Assembly: GCA_015680685.1 (NCBI GenBank)
Contig: MNCI01003473.1
Location: forward strand, 820,065 to 884,064
Reading direction: 5' to 3'
DNA length: 64,000 nucleotides
Source of the DNA: Gnetum montanum
Lineage: Eukaryota > Plantae > Gnetophyta
Position 1 is the first letter of the stretch; each line of letters begins with the position of its first letter. Of this stretch, positions 1 to 12,288 are shown piece by piece. The notes under the pieces were generated by a model. It worked only from the letters and a program-made list of their open reading frames with translations, did no database searches and was not told where the DNA came from. The position numbers and the translations under genes were made by a program.

Positions 1-3000
1 AAAACATCCAAAAACCTCTCAATGCAACCACATAATGGTTGTTCTTAATTCAAGACACAACTAATAGAGAGTCTCTTCCATAACTCAAAACTATGATCTT
101 AATTCACAAGGCATAAGAGACACTAGGCCAATGCTCACTTAATTAACCAAGAGCTACAAACACATTCATGCACTCTTCACATGTGCTCTATTAATATCTC
201 ATGACATCTCATTCACATCTCTCTTTGACATCTCATGAGCTATTTGGATGGCACAAGCATGAAACACAATTCATATTTATTAACCAAGCAAGATAAAAAT
301 CCTAGAAAATATTCTTCAAGTACAACTTGAAGATCCTTTGTTATTCCCATATTTTTTTCATCTTGTATTTGGTTGTTTCCAAACTTGGGACACAATTTGG
401 AAAGTTTCCCTACTTGTTCGGGTCATCTCTAGCCTTTCTAGGGCATCTTTCTAAGAAATTGTCAATTTTGGTGAGACATCTTTTTTTTGGCTAAGATGTC
501 CCCTATTGTAGTTGAGAGATCTCAACAACTTGTAAGACATATTATATTGAATTAAAACATATCCCTCTCTAGTAATATGTCTCCTCTAAGATGTCTATAA
601 AAATTCCCAGGATGTTTTCTAACATCTAAGACATCTCTCCTAAGAGCTCAAATCTCAAGCAAGATGACTCCATGGCCTCCAAGATGTCTTCACAAACCCC
701 AAAACTTGCAAAAACACATACATAGGGAAGAGAACAAGGAAATAAAAAGAGGTGTTCCTATACCATATAATTTTTGCAAAATTTCTTGTGGGACTTATCC
801 CAATGCTATAACTAACAACCACAAGTCATGTTGCATTTTGAAACCTAACACAAGAAATTAAGACTTCATAAATTCTAGAGCAAATATGAAAGTAGGAAAT
901 GACTTCATCCATTATGATGTGATATACATGGATAGAATAGAGAATGATCTAAGGGATCAAGAATCATTCTTAAGCCAAAAGATAAGCATTTATTCTCAAG
1001 TCTTTATTAGAAAAAATGAAAAATTATGGGACCATATTAACTATCATATGATGATTACTACAATCTAAATAAGTCTCAATCATGTTAAGTTTATCAACAT
1101 GACTTTCCTTGTAGAAGAATTTGAAGTCAAATCTACCAATGAGGCACAAAGTATCCAAAAGTTATTATTTAAGGGAGAAAGTGTAAAATATTTCAATAAA
1201 TCTAATAAGGTAGGGAATTTATGTGCGTTAGGCCTAAAGCATCCACACTCTAGTATGATAGAATGTATAGGCTAGATAAAGAGTTATTTTATGAAAAGGG
1301 TCATTGTTATGATGTGCATGGATTGAAAACAAGTGATTATCACTTAGAATCTTGCCATACTAAGGTATCAACTAGGCTTCCCCAAATGAGAATAAAGATT
1401 ACAACTCAAAACTAAATTTAGCAAAGCTAATAGTTGTGGAGAAATTCATGGACTCAGAGAAGAAGGATGCCATCAATGTACACAAGGGGACTAATGAAAA
1501 TATAAAAAAACTCTTTACCTTATTTATTAAGTAGTTTTTTTACAAAAAAATTAGTCATAAGGGGGAGTTGGCCCCAAAGAGTTTGTATGAGTTGTATGGA
1601 TTGACGTCCTAGAAAAGAGTAGCCAATTGGACAACAATTATCTATCAAGGGGTAGTAAAAAAATGGAGAAGCTACCACAAGAGGACAAAAAAGAAAAGAG
1701 GAAGACTATGAAACATAGGCTTAAATTTGGATTCTACTATGGCTTAATNAATCTCTTAAGAAATTTTTATTGTAGGAGTTTTTAAAGACATGTCTTTCTT
1801 CTAAGTGAGAGGTATTTGATTTCTTGAAGCCTTTTCCTACTCCATAGTTCTAGAGGTGCTCTCCAAAATTTTCTTCTTTCCTACTATGATGTATTTGCTT
1901 ATTTCTTTATGGCTTCTTGATTCTTTCTATTGTTGAGGATGTCACTTCTTCCATAGTCCTTAACCTTGACATCAAAGGGCCTCCACCATTGATGCTATAT
2001 GTAGACATTAGACTTCCCAAGTTTTGACACAATGGCAACTTAAAATATATCTTTGAAGTAATGTCCAATTACTTCTCTCCTTTGGTAAACAAAGTTACCA
2101 CTACCCTCATTAAGCCATAGTAGAATCCAAATTTAAGCCTATGTTTCATAGTCTTCCTCTTTTCTTNTTTGAGTTGGATCTAAATGAAATAGGCAAAAGG
2201 AAATAAGAAAGTAAAGAGACAAATGGAGGAAGAAATAAGCTTCTGAAGATGGAGATTACTCCTCCTATAGACATCACCCCATCATAAATTAGACTTATTT
2301 TGAAAGGTAAAGAAGTTTATGCATGGATTAAGGAGATGAAAATTTTAAAGCTCTATATCTCATATGGTAGTTTATGTAATGTTAAAACTTGATATAATCT
2401 TATAGACACATTACAATAAATTAGCCAATACTTAGCATCTATAGGGATAAAGAAGAAGATATGGGCTTGTCTAAAACACAAGAAAATGATGCTAGAGGAC
2501 TTGGTAGAAGAAATTAAGAGGAATTTAAATTTACTCTCTCTATAATAATATAAGTATGATCTAACATTGTTAAAATATAGTAAAATTTTTTATAAAAAAG
2601 TTGACATATTTACTTGCTTATAGAGATAGAGATAAAGTTGAATTAATATTAGGTAACTTTTCATGATTCAGCAATCAACATCGATGTGGTAGTTGAAAGT
2701 AAAATTGTAGAAAAATAAGAATCACTCTAAATTATGGAAAACATATGGGAGTATTTGCCATCAAGCAAGCTGATACCAATGCCATACTCTTAGACCAAGT
2801 GGAGCTTTTGAAAGTTGAAATTAGGAGCAGCAATATTGTGAGGTACAATCCTCCTTTCCATGCATATTGGCAAGAGAAGAATAAAGCTTTGGAATTATAA
2901 AAAGCTATAATGGAATGTAAAAGGTCTACATTGATCATGACATAGTTTATAACAACCCTAAGGAATTTTGCAGTAACATAGAAGAGTTAGGGTAGAAGGC

Positions 3001-6000
3001 ATCAAACAAATAAAGGGTGGTATAAGTGAGAATACCTCTAATTATTAAAAGAGAATAAAGGTTTGTATATAAAGAAGAAAATAAGAAGTGTGTTCATCCA
3101 ATAGATGAATCTAGAAGAATTGTTCTAGGATTTTTCCAATACTGTGGTAGTAATCACATCAAAAGAACAACAAAGAGCTTCTTAATGGGAGCCTTTAGAG
3201 GAGGATAAATAGGACATTACCCGTAAGGAGTTAAAAGCCTATGAAGAGAAGTAAGCTAATATTTTTTCAAAGATCCCTACCTTAGTATTTAAAAGTTTGG
3301 ATGCATCCAACCTAAACTTAAAGGAGATAGGATAAAGAATCTTGGAGATGTCGAGAGATATCCAAGATAACTTTTACATTCTTTTCAAAATAGCTTTTCT
3401 AGCTCTATGTAATAGAAAATCAAACTAACTCTTTATTTATTTACCTTAATTTTATGTAGATCTTGGTGGAAGAAGCCAAGAACTAGTAGTGGACCCCACT
3501 CCTGTAGTAAGTTGATAGTGACAATGAGGAGGAAGAACTTGTTAATGATAAGAAGAAATAAAAAAGTTGGAGAATCTATAGTCTTAATTTTAATGTTAGT
3601 TGTGTTTGACACATGGCACTAATTATTATTTTGTAAAAAATTTCTAAGTGTCAATAATGTCAAAAATAACACATAACATAAATTGTTATGATGTTTGCTG
3701 ATGTAAAATTTCTAAAGTAATAAGCATTTCTACATTATTTCTCATTCATTATTATTGTGTGTCATAATATTTATAGAAACAATGTAGCATATGAAATGTG
3801 ATATTATTATTTATCATTTAACATTGTTAGTTAATAGTAAAAATAACATAGCATACTAAATGACATAGGCTAATAACTTGGTTCCTAATAGCTACTAGAA
3901 AATATCCACTACTTAAAAGAAATAACAAATAAGAAAATATTATTTTAGGTATCTGATGTCATATATTAATGATAATCTTACAATTAGTAGTATGAGAAGG
4001 GTATGATAAAGCTTCTTTCTTAGTAGTAGAGATATCGAGTTCCTCAAAACCTAAGTAGATGTTGAAGATGAGGACTAGAAACAACATTGTCAATGATGTA
4101 GGATATCAAAATTGAAACTTTAAAATATGGCTTAAGTTGTAGAAGCCATAAAATATTCTTTTAATACTTTGACTTACATAGAAAAAGCCAAAGTGAATAT
4201 AACACTAGTGTTGTAGCTAAGGAGAGTGACAATATGTAAATAGTGATCATTGGGGATTGCTGACATGGGACAAGTATTTTACTAATTCATGTTCAAAATA
4301 ATAGTACAAGAAAATTCTATCAAGGCCTTTTGAATCTTCCTATCTTTAGGTACAAAGGTCAAAAAAAGATGACATTAGCATTAGCATACCGTATAGTTTG
4401 AAGACCCTAAGAAAATAGAAAATGTACCTCATCTTTGGCCAATTACCTACATAACTAATATGTGATGATAGTAAATAAGTATAAGAAGAAAGCACTTCCT
4501 TACCACAAATCATGTTTTTGCTTAAATTAACAATCCTTCATGAAGATTTGATATCGCATCATATACAACATGTATTAGAAAAAATTGCAAAACCAATCAT
4601 TGAATGCAAGACTAGAAAATGTTATGATTAAGATCTTCTAATTTATCTTGTTGTAGGTTGTGGCAAGATCCAACTTGAGGAAACAAATATCTTTCTTATT
4701 AACTTAAGCCCAATGAATGGTTTTATGGGTGGTAATTCTAGTATCCAAGTTAGACCTAGCAAGAATGAACCTAAATTAGTTAACCTTCACAATGTTGAGA
4801 AGAAGTAGTTTGAACCTAGTGACTAAGATGTTGGATAGTAGTTTATAAATGTAGTTATAGAGGCTAATAGATTGGCAATCTACATGAGAAAAAAATTATT
4901 TTTTTGTGGGAGGAGAATAGTATGAGTATTATTCCAAGTCTTAAAGAAGGACCCATGAGCAAAGCTAGAAATAAGAATGGCTTCAATATATAGTCCTATA
5001 ATGTCCTAAAAATGTTGATATAAGTAAAAGTTGCATTCATCTATTCTAGTGGACTTGTTGGTTAGAAAGGATTAAATTATCTTTTGAATTTCTCTTTTAG
5101 TAAGAGGCTAATGAACAAATTTATTATTTTCATCTAGCATTATCCTTGGAATCATATTGTGGAAAGGATTTAGATCAATTAAATTATTTATTTTGATGAT
5201 ATCCTTGAAGAAACCACTAGTTATCTCAAGGTTATTTTGGAGGCTATTGGATAATGAAACTAAATTCTTCTTCTAATAATCAGTGGATGTAATCATATCA
5301 AAATAACAAGAGTTCTAATGTTCATTTGAGCATTATTTCCATTAAGCTTCTTTCTTATGAATCATATGTTTAAGGCAACTATGTACTTGGATCATCTCAT
5401 CCATGATGTGATCTCATTCAAGAAGCTAATCAATCCTAACTTGGATCACACCCACCTCTTAGAATATCATGTGCAAGACATTAGATCAAGATTTCTTTTT
5501 AAGGAATTTACAATATATTTTAAAGAAATTAAGGTTGATGATAATGTTCTTGTATCCAAATTGGCTATGCTTAAACTATAGTATTCTCTAAAGTTTCACT
5601 CTAACCAATTCCTCCCCTAGCCAAAGATTTTTGACGTAGAAGTTAGCTTTGAACTAAGAAGGAGGATTCTAATAATAAATGACAAGCCAGTGCTCTAAAA
5701 TAGGCCAAGGTAAATTCTTACTAGTGGAATAATGAAAAGTCCACAAAGAAAAAGGGATTAAAAAACTAATTTAGCTTGGAATTTATCCTTCCATTATGTC
5801 TAATAGTTCTATTCCAAGTAAAGGAGAATGAAAGGAATATCAAGTTCTATCATATTTGCAAATCATTTCAAGTCCTAAAAAATTATGATTCCAAATTATG
5901 GATAGATCTAGAGTGCCTCTCACCTTAAGATCTGGTCATATTTCAGTTGGCTCTCATGGTCTAATTATCTTTTATAACCATATTCAACAAATTCCTCTAG

Positions 6001-6658
6001 AAGTTTCTCCATTTAGCATGATTAACCTTACCATTGAGAATTTTATAAACTTCTTGAGCAATGTTAATTATATTGAGAGAAGAAAAAAGTAAATAAAAAG
6101 TTAGGTGATGCCATCATAACTAAATAAGTCCTCAACTCAACCCTTGCATAAGGTACTTAACACCATTCCAGCCTAGCTAATAGTCATAGGAAAAATTAAT
6201 AAGCTTAGTTTCTTGAAGAAAAATGATGTCAACTCTATGATTGTGAATCATAGATCTAAGAAGACATTTTTTCCTTTAACCTCGCAAACTAACATAATTT
6301 CAAGAAAGGATAATAATTAATTAGAAGAGGTAATTAAAGGAATGAAATTACCATGAATGATCATACCTTAGGCCTGTTTAACTTTATCTCTTGAAGTTCC
6401 TTTGAGATGAACATTTAGTGTATCTTAACCATTAGTTGTTTCTTGGTCAATTTTTTTTAGCATTTTTTAAAAATAAAGAGTCTTCCAAGTCCTTTTGGAG
6501 CTTGGAAGCTTCCTAAAGATGAATCAAAACTAGATCCTTCAAAGATCAAACAAGGAATTCTGGATCCATGGTACTATTATTTTATCCTCCCCTTTCTGGC
6601 ATCATCTTCAAGGGCTTTTAGTTGGACATTTAGGAAGGGATGATGAGAGCTAGATCCA

Positions 6659-8593
6659 TGTAACACCCCTAGGATTTTTAGATTGTTTAAAATCTATACC
6701 TCTACATTGGTTTGGTAATTTAAACTTGGATTAATAGAGGATCTTGCACTTTTAATTTATTTACAATATGCGATATGTTATTATTTTATTTTTAATTTGG
6801 CATTTTGACATAAGATTTAATAATTAGTATAAACATACTTTTATTTTATTTTAATGAGTCTTACACCTTTGTGATGATGTTTAACTCAAGACTTTATACT
6901 TTAACTTCTTAAAGTACTTTATATTTTAATTATATGATCTTTATCTTTATTAGCATGAGACTTCATTAATAGTTTAATAATGCATGAGACCTAATTATCA
7001 ATTAATTTGGCTTGAGATCCTACTAACATGATTTCTGTTTAATAAGTGTCACCTCTTTGTATTTATGATTAATATGACATTTTATAATTCTTTGTATCTT
7101 GATTATTATCTTATTATGCTATCCCTATTATTTTTAAATAAGGACAAGATGACTAGATGTGGGCCCCCCTAAAGATGATGTTTATCTTTATCTTAAATAT
7201 ATTATATGGTATAGGTTGGTTAATAGGTCTCAAGTCAGAATCTTCTAGAAGACATGTACATATATTTGTGATTTAACCAATAAAAGCAAGTCATGGGTTT
7301 CTCTCTCAACCATTAATTTTCATTTGTATCTTCTTCTATCATAAGCTTGGTGCCATGTGCTTGAGATCTCAAGAGACTTGTTTTTTAATAGGAAATATCT
7401 TATCGATTCAAGAAGGCAATAGATCTTGTCTTTGTTTTAAATTCCTTCTTAGGTCTAATGTTAATGTTTCTTCTTAATACCTTTTTTGAGTCTAATGATT
7501 GCTAGAGTTACATTAGTTATCAAATCTTGGAGGATAGCAGTTGATTTAGATATAAAATAAGTCATAAAAAATGCAAGCAATGGCAAATTAGAAATGGTTA
7601 ATCTTAACATAGTATGGGACACAGGTGAGAACAAGTTATGTTCCATGGAAGTTGATGCTTGTATGCAATAATTTTAAGGTTTAAGAAGCTTTCAATTCTG
7701 TAAGAAGACTTGGGCCTAGTTAGTCTAGGAGGAAAGTATAATTAGATCCAAGATTATAATCAATAGCTTACCTAGCTATAGAGGAGGAATAGAGGTGATT
7801 ATGATGACCCCTATCATGCAATCCATGCTTTAGGAATTTGTTGCTTGGACCACAAAACTATTACAAGACTATCGAGGTTACTTGGTAGCATAAACACTGG
7901 ATACTATCATTGGACCTCAACTTATAATGAGGATTTTTTAGAATGTCTAATGATAAGGTGGTTGCACATAGGCTAGGCCATTTTCTATTATCTATTATAA
8001 TAAGATCTAGGATAGTAGCCTCGAAACACCTTATTAGGAGTAGTTGATATTTTGTTGTTAAATAGTCAACCTATGATCAATTTAATGTTAGATACTTATG
8101 ATTTTTATGTGGTAATTCTATCCTTTGTTGGTTAATTTAACTATATGATATAATAGTTTAATGTAGCTATGATGGCTCACTGCAATCGTGCCTTGTAAAA
8201 AACAACAAGGTAGATCTAACTACTTGGACAACGCTAAACCTTCTTGCATGACAATGCATGCATATGAAGTTGGAAGAAGTGTTGAAAGTAGAAGGGTAAT
8301 TTAGTTGCTACAACACAATGGCTAAAGATTAAAGAATCTAATTGTTGAAAATTTCTTCTACTATTATAATACTTGAAACCATATTGTATAAGGATCAAGT
8401 TTGATTTTTCCATAATGATTCTTCCTTATCCCTTTATTTTTATTATAATTGATGTAATGATTAGAGAAGCATAATGCTTTGATGTTTTTGCTAGTTTGGA
8501 TTTTTAGTTAATTAAGAAATTAGTAGTAATAGAACTAATTAAGGAATAATCAAGGAAACTAAGAGAAATTAAGCTAAATTTTAGGCTGTGACA
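6659..8593. mobile_element. Probable solo LTR, Ty3/Gypsy (Tekay/Del-like termini), ~1.9 kb
   Basis: Begins TGTAACACCCCTAGGATTT and ends AAATTTTAGGCTGTGACA (imperfect inverted termini, TG...CA). The interior is non-coding; no clean TSD remains. Confidence 0.55.
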
Positions 8594-8929
8594 TTTTCAA
8601 TCATCTTTTTTATTCTTGTTCCTCATCACGATATGCTATCCCTCCTCTAGGACATCCATAAAATTATCATGCCTCAAAGTTTACATGAGAAATCAGTTTA
8701 TCGAACATCAAGGGTTCATTTGAACCATCACCAAGGGCATTTTGAGAAGATAAGAGGTTTGGATGGGTTAAGCTAGTTTTTGATGAGTTGGTAGGGGATT
8801 GAAGATTTGAGTCTAAGGGAGTATTTGATTTAGGATTACAATTTGGATTTTTTGCATTCTAGTTTATGGGGATGGGGTGGCATTCATGAGTAGGTCGCTT
8901 ATGCACTAACCAAGGGTTTATAGGGTAAT

Positions 8930-9400
8930 GAATAGAAAAGTACCCTTTTGATTACAAATCCAACATATATTTGGGCAGCTATTGCAAAAAAGGTCTGGTA
9001 AAAATAATCATGTAGACCTTCTAGGAAAATTTAGGATAATATTTCTACATCTTCTAGCATTCAAACATAGATCTAGATAATTGATCTAGAAGCCTCGCAA
9101 GATATGCAGATCTATCTTCAAAAACTCACAAAATATTGCTTCAATGCATTAAAGTACTTCTTTTGACCAAAATTCCATGGGAACTCTAGAAATCCATAGC
9201 CAAACTGCTAGCCATCTTTTAGCCTTAATCTAGTCATCAATCTCCTTCTAGGTTAGAAGAAAGCCACTTTTCCATTTTTCAAGTTACATTATTAATTAAT
9301 CTACTTGTTATGCAAGGATAGATTTAACCAAGACCATACCTTCTTCTTTCACAAACATAAAAAGGATAGCATTACCTCTTAAAATGCATAGCTACACTAG
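8930..9400 (-). mobile_element. Degenerate LINE ORF1 remnant (DUF4283-like region plus zinc knuckle)
   Basis: The minus strand gives VWLWISRVPMEFWSKEVL and CPNICWICNQKG, typical of plant L1 ORF1. A possible endonuclease start (LQEIK) at ~6380-6400 on the other side of the solo LTR suggests that the LTR split this LINE. Confidence 0.5.
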
Positions 9401-10132
9401 GATCTTGCATGGATCCATTAAAGGTTTTGATGAGTGCATGGCAAATGCCACACCATTTTGATTTTAAAGTCTTTTAAAAAACGCAAATCCATGGGCATTT
9501 GTCCCTTCAAACATAGAGTAATCCAGAGCATCATAGCCCTTTGACAAGTTGATGAATGGTGATGTGACATCCTATCCCCATATGTCATGAAAAACATCAA
9601 ATATATGATATATTAGACATTATGCATCCAAAGAAGATACACCAAATACAAAATATATGTGATATTTGACATTATGTATAAAGGAAATAATAAGAAAAAT
9701 ATAGAAAGAGGAAGAAAATAATGCTTTATTGATATGGAATAGCATATCTAGATTGTGCTATGAGAGTGTTCCTTAAGGTTTTCTTCCTTTGGCATCTATC
9801 CCTTACAGGCAATCTAGGACTACCACTACGGTTAGGCCTATAACCTAGCTAGAAGGGATGGCTATTCTACTTCTTATTCCACTTCACCCAACTTCCCATG
9901 ACTTTCCTGTACCTGCTCTACCACTTAATGCTTACATGACCTCTAACCCTGGGTATAAATGCCTTAGGTCAAACCCCCAAAGGTTACCTTAAGAGACACA
10001 TTCATTATTACAACATGCTTTTTCAGGTATCAATTACAACTACCCTTTCGAGTCTTGTTAAGATAACAATAACACTTGTTATGAAGAGACACCATCTTCA
10101 TTAGGTAGCAACATCATTTGGAAATGGGGACG

Positions 10133-11060
10133 TGACAAGCAAGGTACCCCATATGCCTAACCATATGAATCACAAGCATTCATGCATGATCTAGTTGAAT
10201 TTTGTGGATGGGACTAGGTGTGGCATTTAGATCATTGTGCCTTGATCATAGTTTGTTTTCTTCCCACTTGGTCTAGTGGTAGCTTTATCATGTATGGTTT
10301 AGTCTGGAGTGAGGCATATGATTCTTGATGTTGTTTTGTCCTTATGCTACTCCTAATGATAATAAAGAAATCAATTATTTAAATTAATTAACAATAAAAA
10401 TTAAAGTCTAAACTAGCCTATGGGCAATGAGTGTATATTCCCAACCTTCCATACATGTCATGAACCCACATATCCACTACTGGGATTACCAAGTGCTATG
10501 CTACTAGGTGAACCAAGCAATAATGCTACTAGGATTACCAAGAGAATACGTGTTTACACGCAAAACTGGTTGCACTCATTCTACCAATTCATTAATATGC
10601 ATGGAACATAAATATTAACTAAGTACATGGAATATAAATTGCATTAAAAGTAAATTTAATTTAGGTCAAAGTACTTCAGTGAATAAGAATCAATCTCAAT
10701 TTTATTATCATTCATGGAATGTGTCCAAGTACATTGCCACTTGAATAAGACCCCACATTGCAGGCACTCATTAACTGTTCTCTAAGATTACAAAATAAAA
10801 CTACAAGAGTTTGGCTACTCTATTGACAAAAGAATGCCAATACATAGAGGGAGCATGTGTATTTATAGGTGAAAATAGACACTGTTTCAATGGGGCCTTG
10901 TCAATGCATCATTTACGTCGACGGGGCTATGTCGACAGGGTTGTTTCTATGGGGCCTCATTGACACAGCTACATCGACATGGTTGCTTCGATGAAGCTGC
11001 CTCAAAGCAACTGTGTCAAAGAGGCTACATCAATGCAACCAATTGATGCTTCATCACAAG
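10133..11060 (-). mobile_element. Athila-family LTR (solo or orphan), related to the LTR at 32757-33651; upstream boundary approximate (may extend to ~11270)
   Basis: The reverse complement of 10133-10360 aligns with 33420-33651 (e.g. GCTACCACTAG.CCAAGTGGGAAGA and CTTGTGATTCATATGGTT.GGCATA.GGGGTACCTTG). TATA box CCTATAAAT at ~10861-10869 (minus strand). No PBS follows. Confidence 0.75.
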
Positions 11061-11300
11061 CTCTTCTTACACTAGGTTCATTCTTAGAGTGCATTTGTAA
11101 AAGAGATCTACATGCCATCATCACTTTTGGTATCACAACCATTATGTCCACTACCATTCTTGAGAGGGTTTGTCACCTATTTATGCTAATCATTTGTCAT
11201 AAGGGATTCACCATAGAAACCAATATTTCCAACTATTGTAGATCTTATGGATTTTGAATCATGCTCATCGTTTCACCTCCTCCTTTTATAGTCTTGTTAG

Positions 11301-11563
11301 TAACAATTATTTTCCTTATTTTTTATGGAGTATCAAAACCTACAATAATTTGACTATAAGTATTATAGACATTATACATTATAATTATTATAGAGAAATA
11401 TAAAAATTCCAAATAATTCCTTAAAATCAAACTTGTGATGTAAACATATAACTTACAAATTAAAAGTTACATGCTCTAATAACATGAGAAATGTCTCATA
11501 CTTTTTCTACTTTTTAGGATTTGTTGTAAGCATATACATCTACATAGACATGTCTAACATATA
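11301..11563 (+). repeat. Dispersed repeat, copy 1 (unclassified TE fragment)
   Basis: Collinear similarity with 26090-26358: AACAATTATTTT...GTATCAAAACC...ATTTGACTATA...TTTTAGGATTT.TTGTAA...TGTCTAACATATA. Confidence 0.7.
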
Positions 11564-12288
11564 GTTAAAATATGATGTTTGTTTTCATTATTAAATTATC
11601 ATTAGTGTCCATTCTTTTTTTCCTAGCATCAAAAATTATAACCCAAACCTACAATCTTTACTGGGAAAATAATGTTTCCCTCTTCATCTAATGAGAGCAT
11701 CACATCTTGTGTATAATATAGGTTCCAAGTTGGAGTTGTGTTTGAGGTACCATTATGTTATAATTAAAGTCTTCATTCCAAAAAGCTCTATCCTTAACTT
11801 AACACTAACTAATTGTACATTTGATGCAACTTCTTACAAGGGGTTATAAGCAACATGATACTTTGGTACAACTTTGATATAACTTATGACTACATAAGAA
11901 CAATATTTTTATTTGCATGCATGGATTTGTTGAGCTTTTATAGTTTCAATTTTTCTATATGACTAAATTGAGTGTTAATTTTTATGCCAAAGAAAATAAA
12001 GCAAAATAATTTAGTCAATTTAGTCAATTTTCATTTGGAGTAGCATGTGAAGAAGAAGTGGTATGAAGGAAAAGATGATTAGCATTCTCAAAGCAAGGGA
12101 TAGAATTACTAGCATGGAAACCAAAATTAATAACATAAAAGGCATAATCCATAAAATGGAAACCTAAAGAAACTAATATAAAAGGTATTATTCAAGGTTT
12201 TATTATACAATTCTAGCTATTATCATAGTAGGTGATTCTTGGAATATCAGTTCATCCTCATTAATAGCTCATGTTTGATGACTTTTGA

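Noticed and set aside
1691-2167. Perfect 58-bp inverted repeat (1691-1748 vs 2109-2166)
   Set aside because: Each arm ends exactly at a single N (1749, 2167) and the arms are 100% identical in otherwise decayed DNA. This is most likely a mis-oriented contig overlap, not a hairpin or TIR element.
1-6400. Scattered protein-like fragments and LTR-like sequence
   Set aside because: Almost certainly decayed TEs, but the motifs conflict in strand and are too eroded to assign boundaries or family.
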